64,000 bases of DNA from Candidatus Poribacteria bacterium (GCA_965218095.1 OZ244587.1:5568001-5632000), one strand, 5' to 3'. Positions 1 to 10,486 are shown, numbered from the stretch's first letter. Program-made: numbers and translations. Notes: a model not told the origin generated them from the sequence alone.

Positions 1-744
1 GCGACAGGAGAGCCAACGTATGAAGTCTGGCTGGAGAATTGGTCAGCTAAAGAAGTAGAGCCGGGCGTAGTACGCTTGCAGGCAGTGGACGATCAAATGG
101 AACCACAAACAGCAATTGATCTGACGCTGCGAGAGACACACCTACCGATACTGCATGGCAACCGTGGTTTAAGCCAGAAAGGTCCAGAGCCGGGCAACGC
201 CAATTACTACTATAGTCTCGTACAGTTGGAGACAATTGGCGACATCACGAGCAATGGCAAAACGATGACAGTTAGCGGGCTCAGTTGGATGGACCATGAG
301 TTTGGCACCAGCGCCCTCGCGGAAAGGGTGGTGGGTTGGGACTGGTTCAGCTTACAGTTGGAGAACGGTGCTGCGCTGATGCTGTACTGCCTTCGCCAAT
401 CCGATCAGTCATACGCTCCGCACACTTTTGAAGGCACTCTGGTATACCCTGATGGGCGGCAGTTGCGTATCGGGATGGCGGATTTCACGCTGACCCCCAG
501 GGGCAAGTGGACCAGTCCGAAAAGTGGCGCCGCCTATCCCTCCGGCTGGCACGTCGTCTTTCCCGAATTAAACATTGATTTGCAGATCGAACCCCTCATC
601 CCGAATCAGGAGTTTCACATTAGCTTTACGTATTGGGAAGGCGCTGTACGGGTCAGTGGACAGATGGACAGCGTAACAGTCAGCGGTCGAGGATATGCTG
701 AGTTAACTGGCTACAGTGATTCATCAGGTCAGTATCTGAGGTGA
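1..744 (+). CDS. AttH/CrtC-like lipocalin-fold secreted hydrolase family protein, 5'-partial
   Basis: Frame is open from base 1. Motifs [29 protein letters not shown] and YWEGAV...[10 protein letters not shown] are typical of AttH/CrtC-like proteins. Confidence 0.8.
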   Translation, partial: ATGEPTYEVWLENWSAKEVEPGVVRLQAVDDQMEPQTAIDLTLRETHLPILHGNRGLSQKGPEPGNANYYYSLVQLETIGDITSNGKTMTVSGLSWMDHEFGTSALAERVVGWDWFSLQLENGAALMLYCLRQSDQSYAPHTFEGTLVYPDGRQLRIGMADFTLTPRGKWTSPKSGAAYPSGWHVVFPELNIDLQIEPLIPNQEFHISFTYWEGAVRVSGQMDSVTVSGRGYAELTGYSDSSGQYLR

Positions 745-794
745 ATTCTACGCACGAAGTTTAACGAAAAAACTCGTGTGAGGAGGAAGAAAAG

Positions 795-3557
795 ATGCAT
801 AAACCGAATCAATGTTGGATGATTGTGTATTCTATTTTCATCTCATTCATTATCCTTTACAATGCGCATACCTGGGCGCAGCAGTCCACGCCAGCTAAAA
901 CTGATGAAGAAATGATAGAAGATTTTGCAAAACGCGCGACAGCCGGGCTCAAAGGAAAGGTAATTTGGGAAGGGCAAGACCTATCGCGGACAACTGTACA
1001 AATTTATAAGGATAAGAATCTGAAAAACCTTTACACGGGCGTCACACAGTTAAAAGGGGGTGAATTTGAAATTCGCGTTGAGTCGGGGAGTTACTACCTT
1101 GTCGCCTTTGTGGATTTGAATCGCTCCGACAAATTTGATAGCGGTGACGGTATGGGCATCTTTGGTATCACGGATTGGAATGATCCAAACCAACAAAAAC
1201 AGCTCGTTAAGGTTGCGGAGCGGCAGACGATTAGGAGGCTTGAGATTATCATCACCGCAAGAATGCAGAAGGTTGATGGAAGGGATCAAATTGTTTCAGT
1301 ACATAACTACCAAGAAAATCCACTTGAACGGTTCAAGACAGAACTGGCAAGGATTTCCTCCGGCATTAAGGGGCAATTGACCGATGAACGACATGAATCG
1401 TTCACGCGCGCACTTGTCTTTGCCTACACAGATCTTTCTTGGAAATACCGGGCGGGAAAGGCGCAGGTTGAGGCAGATGGCAGCTTTACGCTCAACCTGT
1501 TACCAGGGAAGTATTATTTGATGGCAATCATTGATGAAAACAACACAAATCTTTTTGATCCTGGGGATGAACTCGGTATCTACGGCATCGCAGATCTGCG
1601 CGATCGTCAGGCATTTCCCCAGCCTGTGCTGGTTAAGCGTAACCAATTTACCCAGGACATCCCGATCACCATCGTGGGAACACAACTCAAAAATGGGAGA
1701 ATCATTGCGTTGGATGAACGCACGGTAGAGATTGAAACTGCTGGCACCAGAACAGCAGAGATTTCTGGCCAAGTGAGATGGAAAGGGCATTCGCTGAAAG
1801 GAAGCGTTATCCAGATTTACCGGGACGCGACTTTGCTAAAAGAGATTGATCAGGTTGCGGTGGACGAAAATGGGAAATTTAATCTTCAACTCTCGCCGGG
1901 GGATTACTATTTGATAGCAAACGTTGATGCGGACAGCGATGGTAGATACAGCCCGGGCGATGGGCTTGGCGGGTATGGAACCGCGGACATCACCACCACG
2001 CCTCCATCGGCATTGACCTTAGTAGCAGGTACCAACCCCAAAATCCAAATTTTTGTGAGCGCCCGGTACAACGCGGATGGGCAGCTTGAAGCGGTTGCGG
2101 AAGGTGTGATCGACCTTCACCAGGATAGCGGTAGCGGCATTGCCGGGCAGATTCAGTACGCTGGAAAAGAATTTAAGGAGGGGATGATCTCAATTTCGGA
2201 AACGCCTGACTTTCAGTCACCGGTTGCGATCTCCTTAAATCTGGAGGTGGATGGACGCTATGAGGTGTCCATCCCGCCAGGAGATTACTACGTCATGGCG
2301 GTTGTCGATCTCGATGGCGATCGGAAGGCTGGCTTGCGAGATGGGGTTGGGTTTTATGGCACACGGCGCCCTGTGCGAGGCAAGCCACAACAGGTCTCTG
2401 TGTTTGCGGAGCATATTACGCTGCACATCGATATTGAAATCTTCGCGATATACATTGATGTGGAGGGTAACATTGCTGAAATCGAGGATGGAGGCCGTTC
2501 AGAAATCAAACTGCGGTATGGAGAGCCAGAAGACGTTTTTACGTTTACCCGCTTTGGACGCCAGATCGAGGAGTGGTGGTACTGGACACAAGGGGTTAGC
2601 TTCAAATTTGAAGCCAATGGCGCTGGGTGGAAATTGCAAAACCGCAAAGATTTTGAACCGAAGGCGGTTGACTCCGAGCAGTTAAAACAGCTTGAGCAGG
2701 AGTTTGAACAATCTGATAATCAAACAGCCGGTGAAGCCCGAGACACACAACCCGAATCGGAAGCGACGCCGCTAAATGTCCTGATCTACTACAGCTATGA
2801 TGACGTCATCTGGGGGTATGCCCCAACAGGGATACAACAGCCGTTGGGAGCGGGAACACAACCAACCGCGTCGCTGGATGGTAGACTCACCTATCTAGAC
2901 CTCGAAGGAAATGTCGTCGTCCACAATTCAGATGACCCAGAGGGAAGGCTGCTGCTTGATAGGCGTGAATTGACATCGGATGTGATGATCTCTCCTGACG
3001 GTGCATACCTTGCGTTTGCTAGGCGGAGTATGGATCGACGGCGCATCTATATTCGACATATTTCGAGTCAAGAAGAATTCCTCGTGCCTTCGACAGCTCA
3101 AGAAATGTTTACACCTGCATGGAATCCGAGCGGAGAATTGCTGGCATACGGCACAAGGGGAAGCGTCGAAAATCCAGAGGACCGTGAAGATTGGAATATC
3201 TACGGATATGATCAGGTGAGTGGACGAGTTGAACCTATCTGCATCGGTCCAGAAGATGATGCGGAGCCAGCATGGTCTCCGACAGATCCGAATCTGCTGG
3301 CTTTTTCACGCGCAGAAGGACGGCATCGCCAGATCTGGATTGTCAGGTTCAGCCCGGAGGGAGAACCGAGCGAGGGACAATTGACCCGCTACGGCGGCGA
3401 AAAACCGGTGTGGCTGCCTGATGGCTCAACAATTCTCTATGAAAACAACGGTCAGCTTTGGCTCATTTCAACAGACGGGTCAGAAAACCGGCCGGTGATG
3501 GTCAAGGACAGGGTGCTTTTTGGATACGAGCCATATGTGATCCCTTTGATTCCGTGA
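795..3557 (+). CDS. Secreted protein with four Ig/carboxypeptidase-regulatory-like repeats (each with a DxD/NxDGxxDxGD-type Ca-binding loop) and a C-terminal TolB-like PD40 propeller
   Basis: Signal peptide and GAGGAGG RBS. Repeated GxYYLxAxxDxxxxxxxDxGD-G-G-YG units. PAWNPSG/PAWSPT/PVWLPDG PD40 motifs. Confidence 0.75.
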   Translation: MHKPNQCWMIVYSIFISFIILYNAHTWAQQSTPAKTDEEMIEDFAKRATAGLKGKVIWEGQDLSRTTVQIYKDKNLKNLYTGVTQLKGGEFEIRVESGSYYLVAFVDLNRSDKFDSGDGMGIFGITDWNDPNQQKQLVKVAERQTIRRLEIIITARMQKVDGRDQIVSVHNYQENPLERFKTELARISSGIKGQLTDERHESFTRALVFAYTDLSWKYRAGKAQVEADGSFTLNLLPGKYYLMAIIDENNTNLFDPGDELGIYGIADLRDRQAFPQPVLVKRNQFTQDIPITIVGTQLKNGRIIALDERTVEIETAGTRTAEISGQVRWKGHSLKGSVIQIYRDATLLKEIDQVAVDENGKFNLQLSPGDYYLIANVDADSDGRYSPGDGLGGYGTADITTTPPSALTLVAGTNPKIQIFVSARYNADGQLEAVAEGVIDLHQDSGSGIAGQIQYAGKEFKEGMISISETPDFQSPVAISLNLEVDGRYEVSIPPGDYYVMAVVDLDGDRKAGLRDGVGFYGTRRPVRGKPQQVSVFAEHITLHIDIEIFAIYIDVEGNIAEIEDGGRSEIKLRYGEPEDVFTFTRFGRQIEEWWYWTQGVSFKFEANGAGWKLQNRKDFEPKAVDSEQLKQLEQEFEQSDNQTAGEARDTQPESEATPLNVLIYYSYDDVIWGYAPTGIQQPLGAGTQPTASLDGRLTYLDLEGNVVVHNSDDPEGRLLLDRRELTSDVMISPDGAYLAFARRSMDRRRIYIRHISSQEEFLVPSTAQEMFTPAWNPSGELLAYGTRGSVENPEDREDWNIYGYDQVSGRVEPICIGPEDDAEPAWSPTDPNLLAFSRAEGRHRQIWIVRFSPEGEPSEGQLTRYGGEKPVWLPDGSTILYENNGQLWLISTDGSENRPVMVKDRVLFGYEPYVIPLIP

Positions 3558-3786
3558 TGCGTGGAACGAAGAATTCTTTATTGGAAATTTAGCACTTACC
3601 GTTCGCGTTATTCCAAAGGTAAAAGTTGAATTAATCGTCCCGGTCCCTTTGACGCATCTTAAGAACGGCATTTTGGTCTGAAAATGGTGTGTTGACGGAT
3701 TTCAACCTACTATATCTTTGTGGGTTAGCCGTTCTCTACGTAAACACCACAGCTGCAGAATCGCAAGTCCCATGTGATTATTCTCC

Positions 3787-3907
3787 GGCTAACGGACTGT
3801 GTTTCGGCCGGGCCAGCGCAGACCTCAATCACAGTTTGCCCCAAAGGGCATAAAACGACCAGAATAAAAACTGAGTTCAGGACGTCGGCTGCAAACGCTT
3901 GTTGGGT
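3787..3907 (+). mobile_element. Integron attC-like recombination site (solitary)
   Basis: R'' box GGCTAAC at 3787 and R' box GTTGGGT at 3901. Arms GTGTTTCGGCCG / CGGCTG-C-AAACGC pair with an extrahelical base. Length 121 bp. Confidence 0.7.
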
Positions 3908-4199
3908 TGTATAGCCTCGTATTGCAAATCATGCTGCGAAAACTGGCTTGACAGGAGCGGAACAGACGTCAATGCGCATTGAAGAGCTGAAACGTCGACT
4001 CTAAGCAGGCTAACTCGTACACGACCATTCGGAAAAGTGGTAGCGAGGGGGCGTGGGAGCGGGAAAGAATGACCCTCACATACTCACCCCCTCTGTGGTT
4101 TGACAAGCCCCCGATGAAGTATCGGGAGCAATATGTGCCGAAAAGTCACTAACTGTCTGCTGCCAAACCACTTTTTTCAGTCAACCAGGGAGGTTGTTT

Positions 4200-5345
4200 G
4201 TGAAAATAAAGCACATTGAAGCCATCCCCTTAGTTCGTGAATTAGAAGACATTTTCCAGGGTGGCACCTATAAAATTACCAGCCGCAACACGATCGTCAC
4301 CCGCGTTGAATTGGATAACGGCATCGTCGGCGAAACCTTTGGTGGTGACGAAGACCAGTACAATTTCGATGTCTGCCGCGTGGTTAATGAGATCTACCGT
4401 CCGCTGCTGATCGGTGGAGATGTACGTGACGTTGAAGCACACTGGCAGCGGATGTGGAACATCAGGGTGGACTTGAACAATCGGGGCATTCATAGCCTCG
4501 ATTTAGCCAAGCATTGTGTCCTTACCCAGGCCATTGCGGCGGTAGATATCGCGCTCTGGGATGCCCTCGGCAAATTGCTTCAACAGCCGGTGTATAAATT
4601 GCTAGGTGGGTATTGGGATCAGGTGCGGGTAATCGCCATCGGCGGTTATGTCATGCAAGGGGGAAGCATCACCGATCTGAAAAGCGAAATTGAATATTAC
4701 AAAGCGCAGCAGGTCCTCGGCATGAAATTAAAAGTCGGCAGCCTGTCAGTCGAAGAAGACATTGAACGTGCACGCCTCGCCCGCAAAATCGGCGGACCAG
4801 ATTTTCATCTCTGCACCGATTCCAACCAGGCATGGACAGTAGATGAGGCGATGGAATTTGCCCGCAGCGTCCAGGAGCTCAACCTGGCCTGGCTGGAAGA
4901 GCCTGTGTCTTGGTACGAGCAGATTGATGGCAACGCCCGCCTTCGCACGCTCGGTATCCCCATCAACGCGGGCCAGGGCGAAATCTCCCGCCACGGCTGT
5001 AAGGATCTGGTGGTCCGGGGTGCGGTTGATATCCTTAATGTTGATGCGACCATTGCGGGTGGGATTACGGAATGGCGCCGTGCGGCAGGAATGGCAAGTT
5101 GTTTCGGCGTATTGATGGCCCATCATGAGGAGCCGCAGGTCGCCCTGCACCTGCTGGCCGGTGTGGCAAACGGGCTGTGTGTCGAAATTTTCCCCAACTA
5201 TAACCGTGACCCGATGTGGTTTGATCTGCCGGTTCAACAGCCGGAGATCAAGGATGGATACATGCTGCTGCCTGAAAAGCCCGGGCTGGGCATCGATCTG
5301 AATCCGGCGGTCATTGAAAAATGGCGAGCCGATAACTTGACTTAG
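4200..5345 (+). CDS. Mandelate racemase/muconate lactonizing (enolase superfamily) enzyme
   Basis: AIAAVDIALWD, MKLKVG, DSNQAW, WLEEP and GQGE motifs; C-terminal PEKPGLG. Confidence 0.9.
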   Translation: MKIKHIEAIPLVRELEDIFQGGTYKITSRNTIVTRVELDNGIVGETFGGDEDQYNFDVCRVVNEIYRPLLIGGDVRDVEAHWQRMWNIRVDLNNRGIHSLDLAKHCVLTQAIAAVDIALWDALGKLLQQPVYKLLGGYWDQVRVIAIGGYVMQGGSITDLKSEIEYYKAQQVLGMKLKVGSLSVEEDIERARLARKIGGPDFHLCTDSNQAWTVDEAMEFARSVQELNLAWLEEPVSWYEQIDGNARLRTLGIPINAGQGEISRHGCKDLVVRGAVDILNVDATIAGGITEWRRAAGMASCFGVLMAHHEEPQVALHLLAGVANGLCVEIFPNYNRDPMWFDLPVQQPEIKDGYMLLPEKPGLGIDLNPAVIEKWRADNLT

Positions 5346-5380
5346 ATTAAAAGAGCTCATCGGCGGATCCACTGCTGGCC

Positions 5381-5460
5381 TGCCCCCCCCGGCTCCCCAA
5401 TGCCGGGGGAGAATTGCACAAACTCCCCCGATCCATCGGGGAATTGGGGGACGGGGGGCG
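5381..5460. repeat. GC-rich REP-like intergenic palindrome
   Basis: CCCCCCCGGCTCCCCAA...TTGGGGGACGGGGGG arms enclosing a CCCCGATCCATCGGGG hairpin. Confidence 0.55.
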
Positions 5461-5581
5461 AATGTAACAAAGTCAAGATAAGTAATAACCCGAATTACGA
5501 CCTTTCACGCAATTGGCCCGTTTTCATTGACGGATGCCTCAGAATCCAATGCGGTGGGAAGGAAGAATCGAGGAGAAAATC

Positions 5582-6592
5582 ATGAAAACCAAAATTCTAG
5601 GCCGAACCGGACTGGAGGTGTCCATTGTGGGACTGGGGGCCGCATTCATTGGTATTCCCACGCCCAATCAAGCTGCGGTTGAATACCCGGAAGATTACCG
5701 TAGCGTTCGCCCGGGCGAATCCCGCACCAGTTGCACCAGTTATATGGACGAAGACCTTGGCGTACAAACTGTCCATGCCGCCATAGAGGCTGGGTGTACC
5801 CTCATTGACACTGCGCCCCTTTATGGGGGAACCCAGAGCGAAAAAATAATCGGTCGTGCCCTGAAGGAGCGCCCCGATCTGGCCGCTAAGTGCATTGTCA
5901 CCACCAAGGTAGGGCAACTCACGATGGACAGCCGGGATTATCGCTTTGACGCAATCCTGCGCGATGTAGAAGCTAGCCAGGAACGTCTGGGCGTCGAACA
6001 GTTTGAAGTCCTCTACATCCACGACGCCATGGATGTCCCGATGAAGCAGGTGATGGGCAAGGACGGCGCCCTGGGGGCATTACGCAAACTCCAGAACGAG
6101 GGAGTCGTTCGGTTCGTTGGCGCCGCCGCCAACGAACCCAAAACCAATGCGCCCTACATTGAAACCGGGGAATTCGATGCTGCCGTCGTTCCTGAAGCCT
6201 GGAGTCTTCTAAACCAGCTTGCAGCAGAACGCATCCTACCTGCCGCGGAAAGGTACAACGTGGGGCTTGTCGTCGCCACGCCGTTGGAGCGAGGGCTGCT
6301 AGCGACTGGCCCAGTAGCAGGAATCAACTATCTCGCACGAAATTTCAGCCAGGTCTGCCTGGACCACGTCACCAAAATCCAGTCCCCCTGCCGCGACCAC
6401 AACATCCCGATGGCAGCGGCTGCCCTTCAGTGGTGCACCCGCCACCCGCAGATCGCCACCACGATTCCGGGTGCCCGCCTTCCCGACGAAGCCATCGAAA
6501 ACGCCCGTGCGGCTAGCGTCGAAATTCCGGAAGCCTTCTGGGAAGATTTAACGCCCCTGATCCGACATTTTGAAGCAGGGATAGACCGTTAG
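5582..6592 (+). CDS. Aldo/keto reductase
   Basis: LGRTGLEVSIVGLG, IDTAPLYG, TTKVG, LYIHD and IPGA motifs; GAGGAG RBS before ATG 5582. Confidence 0.92.
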   Translation: MKTKILGRTGLEVSIVGLGAAFIGIPTPNQAAVEYPEDYRSVRPGESRTSCTSYMDEDLGVQTVHAAIEAGCTLIDTAPLYGGTQSEKIIGRALKERPDLAAKCIVTTKVGQLTMDSRDYRFDAILRDVEASQERLGVEQFEVLYIHDAMDVPMKQVMGKDGALGALRKLQNEGVVRFVGAAANEPKTNAPYIETGEFDAAVVPEAWSLLNQLAAERILPAAERYNVGLVVATPLERGLLATGPVAGINYLARNFSQVCLDHVTKIQSPCRDHNIPMAAAALQWCTRHPQIATTIPGARLPDEAIENARAASVEIPEAFWEDLTPLIRHFEAGIDR

Positions 6593-6614
6593 GACCGACT
6601 GTCACATCAAATCA

Positions 6615-7445
6615 TCATGGTTTGATAGCTGACGCAAGGATCGCAGGCATTGGAATTGAGACCCTACCACCTTTTTCATAAACTCTGGCGGCGCGACTAA
6701 CAACCGTGCGAACGGCGCGCAATGCTTCACTGGATTGGGCGCGGAGAAGACCTCCGGTACGCGCTGTCGCTTCGTAGAAAGCCGCGAAGAGTTCATCAGG
6801 GGAATCGAGCTGCCAGAGCTGTGCAATCTCCACAATTTGGAGATTCGCAAAGCCAACCTCGAGCAGCGTTCGTTGACTCTCAGCGGGCTCGCTAAAGCGG
6901 AAGAAAGGCGGACCTGGGGGCAAGGGCACGTTGGGGTTGCCGTGTGTCTCAATTGCCTCTAATATAATTTGAAATCCGATAGCCGCTTTGGGGAGCGTCC
7001 ACACTGTAAAGCCGATCTTTCCACCGCAGCGGAGAACGCGACGCGCTTCTGCCAAAGCTTGTTCGGGGCACCCGAAATGTAGTAATCCGAAATTGATGAC
7101 AACCGCATCAAAGCAACCGTTGGAGAAGGGTAATGCCTCTGCATCGCCTGTGCAGAACGCAATGTCTGGGTATTGTTTCCGCGCTTCAGCGAGCATGGCT
7201 TCTGAGAAATCAACGCCGACGACGTGAGCCCCTCGTTGTGCGGCAGCCTGTGCGATGTTGCCCTGTCCGGTTGCGACATCAAGCAAGTGCATACCCCCAT
7301 GTATCTGGACAGTGGATAGAAGTGGCTCCACGGCTTGAATGGTGAGGCGGGTCCAAAAGTTATGGTAAAGTCTGGCGCTTCTTTCCCAGGCGGCATGTTC
7401 AAACGCCCAGAATGGATTGGGTTGAACAGACAGGTTGTTTGCCAT
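6615..7445 (-). CDS. Class I SAM-dependent methyltransferase (UbiE-like)
   Basis: LLDVATGQG motif I, GDAEALPF, FDAV and EARRVLRCGG. Confidence 0.9.
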   Translation of the reverse strand: MANNLSVQPNPFWAFEHAAWERSARLYHNFWTRLTIQAVEPLLSTVQIHGGMHLLDVATGQGNIAQAAAQRGAHVVGVDFSEAMLAEARKQYPDIAFCTGDAEALPFSNGCFDAVVINFGLLHFGCPEQALAEARRVLRCGGKIGFTVWTLPKAAIGFQIILEAIETHGNPNVPLPPGPPFFRFSEPAESQRTLLEVGFANLQIVEIAQLWQLDSPDELFAAFYEATARTGGLLRAQSSEALRAVRTVVSRAARVYEKGGRVSIPMPAILASAIKP

Positions 7446-7554
7446 GCGATCCTCTTCAAGGTTAAGCCACTATGCACTCAGATGCCGGCATCTAAGAACA
7501 TCTGCTTGACAAGTTCTACAGATGTGAGGAGACACGCTTTTCCGATCTCGGTGG

Positions 7555-7981
7555 TCACGTCGCGCAGATCTTCCCCGCCAACCCCTTCAGGTCAGACCGA
7601 TCTGCCCGCTGCAAGCTGCGAGACATCCACAAGCTCAGGTCGGGGCGCCATCGCGCAAGAGGTCTCATTTCGCGCTGCGTGATCGATCTGGCTCTTCCAG
7701 GGATCACAAAAGTCATTGGTGACACCGAACAGTTATGTCCCATCTGGCTCAAGCCGCAAACGGTCAGGTCTCAGGTGAATGGGAGGCATGACAATCCCGC
7801 CGAGTTGACGAGCGCAAATAACCATCAGACCTTCGCTGATAATCGCATCGGATCCGAATGGCAGATGTTCGCCGTGCTATTCTAGTGTTCCCAACGGCAG
7901 ATGGGCAATGGGTCGTTCGGCTAGCCGTTCCCGAAACTTGTGAGGCAGTAATTCGGCGTAACGCACTTTTTCTTTATCCAT
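7555..7981 (-). pseudogene. Creatininase-family amidohydrolase pseudogene (not in ORF track)
   Basis: Manual translation gives MDKEKVRYAELLP...LPLGTLE*HGEHLPFGSD...DGT*...IDHAARNETS. TAG at 7877-7879 replaces the usual Trp, a further TAA follows, and the middle of the gene is deleted. Confidence 0.75.
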
Positions 7982-8085
7982 GCGGATTTTTCCTTCCTTG
8001 AAAATTTACGACGGATTCAGGATTTCACGTAGATTCTGCAAGTAAATATCAAGTGATGACCGAGCGGTTGATTCGCACATGTGCG

Positions 8086-9483
8086 TCACTTTTTCTGCGG
8101 GATGAGATCTAAGCATACCAATCGATCCTTTCCACGGACATACAACAGACCGTTTGAGAGAACCGGCGCCGCCCAGGCTGGGTATTTGATCAGTTTCTCT
8201 CCGCGCTGGTCAGTAATCTGGACGCGAGACATAACGTCCAGTTTTTCAGGCGTGACACGGATGGACATCAACGTGCCGAATTCGCCGAGACTCACGAAGT
8301 ATCCATCCACGTAAAGCAGCGACGACCGTTCATCAATCCGCTCTGACCAGATGACTTTGCCCGTTTGTAGTCTGACACAACGCAGTTCGCATCCGTTGGA
8401 ATGCCGTCCGCTGCAACCGTAGAGATATCCGTTGTCGTGGATGGCTGTGTTCCAGTGCAACTGCATCACTTTGTTCCGACGACCTCGAAGATCCTTCCAT
8501 ACTACCTCGTATCCGCCCGGACGGACTTTCAGCAAAGCACTACCCGGGCCATAAGTCTCGCTGATAAACACCAGATCGCCGACCACGACCGGATTGGAGG
8601 CGTTGACTGATTCTAGCTTTTTAGCTCGCCAGGGATAGTGGAAGTCCACCGCCCCCGTGCGAGGCTCAAAGCCAACCAACCCACCACGTGCAAAAACAAA
8701 ACACCACCGACGGCCATTGATTGTCGCCGGCGTTGGGCTCGCACAACTAGCCAGTTCATCGGCGATCTGGTAGACCACTTCGCCGGTCCATTTGTTAAAG
8801 GCGACGATACCACTGCCGTTTCCCCTGATCCGACCTCCGGAAGCGAGCAGATTCCTGGGGCCGCCCGGTGGTGAGCCGCCAATTTGCACAATCAGCAGTT
8901 CCTCCTCAACCACAGGTGTAGATGCAACACCGAAGAAGTTTTGAACGACGTGAAATTGGGCGGTGGTGTCCACTTTCCACAACTGTTTCCCATCTGACAC
9001 GTTGATACAGTGCAGCATCCCTTCGGCGCCGAAAATGTACACACGGTTTCCATCAACGACCGGGCAGGTTCGCGGGCCATTGTTATAACCGTACATATCT
9101 TCGTAATCGGTCGGATACTCAAATCGCCAAAGTTCATCGCCGGTTTCGCTTTTCATGCAGGTCAAGCGAGCTTTGTCGCCGTGGCGATCAAACAGGAATA
9201 ACCGGCCCCGAGAGATGGTTGGTGCACCGTAGCTGGCGGCGATCTTCTTATGCCAGACGATGGATGGACCTTCTTTGGGCCACGGAATAGGGATGGATTT
9301 CTCAGAGGACTTACTATCTCCGGTTGGACCGAGGAAGCGTGGCCAGTCGCTGCCGGTTTTTCGCGTGCGGAGATCTGGGGCCTGAGCTTCTGCTGTCGAA
9401 CCTTGAACTTCATTCCAACTGACTGCGCCGAGCATAAAAACAAATGCCAGCCGAATGAAAACCATCAATTTCGCCTCCATCAA
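8086..9483 (-). CDS. PQQ-like/BamB-like beta-propeller secreted protein
   Basis: Signal peptide, DWPRFLGP, GPRTCPVVDG and WAAPVLSNGLLYVR, typical of planctomycete-type PQQ-repeat proteins. Confidence 0.85.
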   Translation of the reverse strand: MMEAKLMVFIRLAFVFMLGAVSWNEVQGSTAEAQAPDLRTRKTGSDWPRFLGPTGDSKSSEKSIPIPWPKEGPSIVWHKKIAASYGAPTISRGRLFLFDRHGDKARLTCMKSETGDELWRFEYPTDYEDMYGYNNGPRTCPVVDGNRVYIFGAEGMLHCINVSDGKQLWKVDTTAQFHVVQNFFGVASTPVVEEELLIVQIGGSPPGGPRNLLASGGRIRGNGSGIVAFNKWTGEVVYQIADELASCASPTPATINGRRWCFVFARGGLVGFEPRTGAVDFHYPWRAKKLESVNASNPVVVGDLVFISETYGPGSALLKVRPGGYEVVWKDLRGRRNKVMQLHWNTAIHDNGYLYGCSGRHSNGCELRCVRLQTGKVIWSERIDERSSLLYVDGYFVSLGEFGTLMSIRVTPEKLDVMSRVQITDQRGEKLIKYPAWAAPVLSNGLLYVRGKDRLVCLDLIPQKK

Positions 9484-9531
9484 TCATCCCCAAGCGTTAG
9501 CGCTGCATAACAGCGTTTCCATACGCCACAA

Positions 9532-10431
9532 TCAGTCCGATATTTTACGCACAATAATCTCGCCTGAAGTTTTGAGTTTTAAGTACCTCGCAAGGTTGCC
9601 TTGATTGATCGCAACTTCAAAAATCCCACCGCTTCCAAACAGACCAACGTAGTCACCCACGGGAACATCCCCGTAAGCCTTGACATATTCGCAGTGGATT
9701 TTTTGTCTATTGTCAAAATCGACTTCGATCGTTTGTCCCTGTCGTATGTCCAGCGCTGCAAACAGGTCGGAACGTATGTTCGTGATTGCATTTCCGTACT
9801 CGTCAATCACATCGATTTGTCCGACAATCTCGCCATTAGCCACCTTCGCAAATGAGATTGGCAGACGTATATATTCCTTCAAAACCGGCCCCACCTTCTC
9901 AAAAGGAAAACCTTTGGCAAGATACGCAGCAGCAGGCCCGAAAATATCCCGTCCATGAAATGTGCTCGATTGAATCGCCTGACGCATCACTTCTTGGTTT
10001 GTGAGCTCCCGGACCTCCACGACCCCCATCACCTGACCGACCAGTGTCAAAAGCCCATTATCCGGGGCAACGAAATAGTTGCCATTCCTGGTCTTGAGCG
10101 CGATTGGCTTGCGGCTTGTGCCAACTCCCGGGTCTACAACAGCAACGAAAACAGTACCCTGCGGAAACTCTGGAGCCGCTTTAGCGAGGGTATACGCACC
10201 TTCCTGAATATCAAATTTTGAAACCTCGTGCGAGATTTCGTCAATCCTTGCCTGAGGGAAAACCTTATACATCGCACCCTTCATCGCGCCAATGTAAAAA
10301 TCCTTGCCCCCAAAGTCGGTTATCATGATAATCAAACCGTTGGGCTGGTCGCCCATTGTAGACACTGCAAAGCTGGCCACGGTAAAGCATAAAAGCGCCA
10401 CGCAAACACTGTAACAAGGGTATCTCTTCAT
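9532..10431 (-). CDS. DUF62 SAM hydroxide adenosyltransferase (chlorinase/fluorinase family) with signal peptide
   Basis: TDFG, VVDPGVGTSR, PDNGLL, STFHGRDIFGP and DEYGN motifs. Confidence 0.9.
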   Translation of the reverse strand: MKRYPCYSVCVALLCFTVASFAVSTMGDQPNGLIIMITDFGGKDFYIGAMKGAMYKVFPQARIDEISHEVSKFDIQEGAYTLAKAAPEFPQGTVFVAVVDPGVGTSRKPIALKTRNGNYFVAPDNGLLTLVGQVMGVVEVRELTNQEVMRQAIQSSTFHGRDIFGPAAAYLAKGFPFEKVGPVLKEYIRLPISFAKVANGEIVGQIDVIDEYGNAITNIRSDLFAALDIRQGQTIEVDFDNRQKIHCEYVKAYGDVPVGDYVGLFGSGGIFEVAINQGNLARYLKLKTSGEIIVRKISD

Positions 10432-10486
10432 TGTATCAAAACTCCTTTCTTACTCCTGAACTGCCCAATTCTAAATTTTCTCTCCT

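Noticed and set aside
3570-3660. P-II-like fragment (TVRVIPKVKVELIVP)
   Set aside because: Too short, with no start codon or other P-II motifs; could be chance.
9532-10431. True fluorinase/chlorinase
   Set aside because: The FHGRD motif and Asp-Arg-His triad indicate the DUF62 hydrolase branch.
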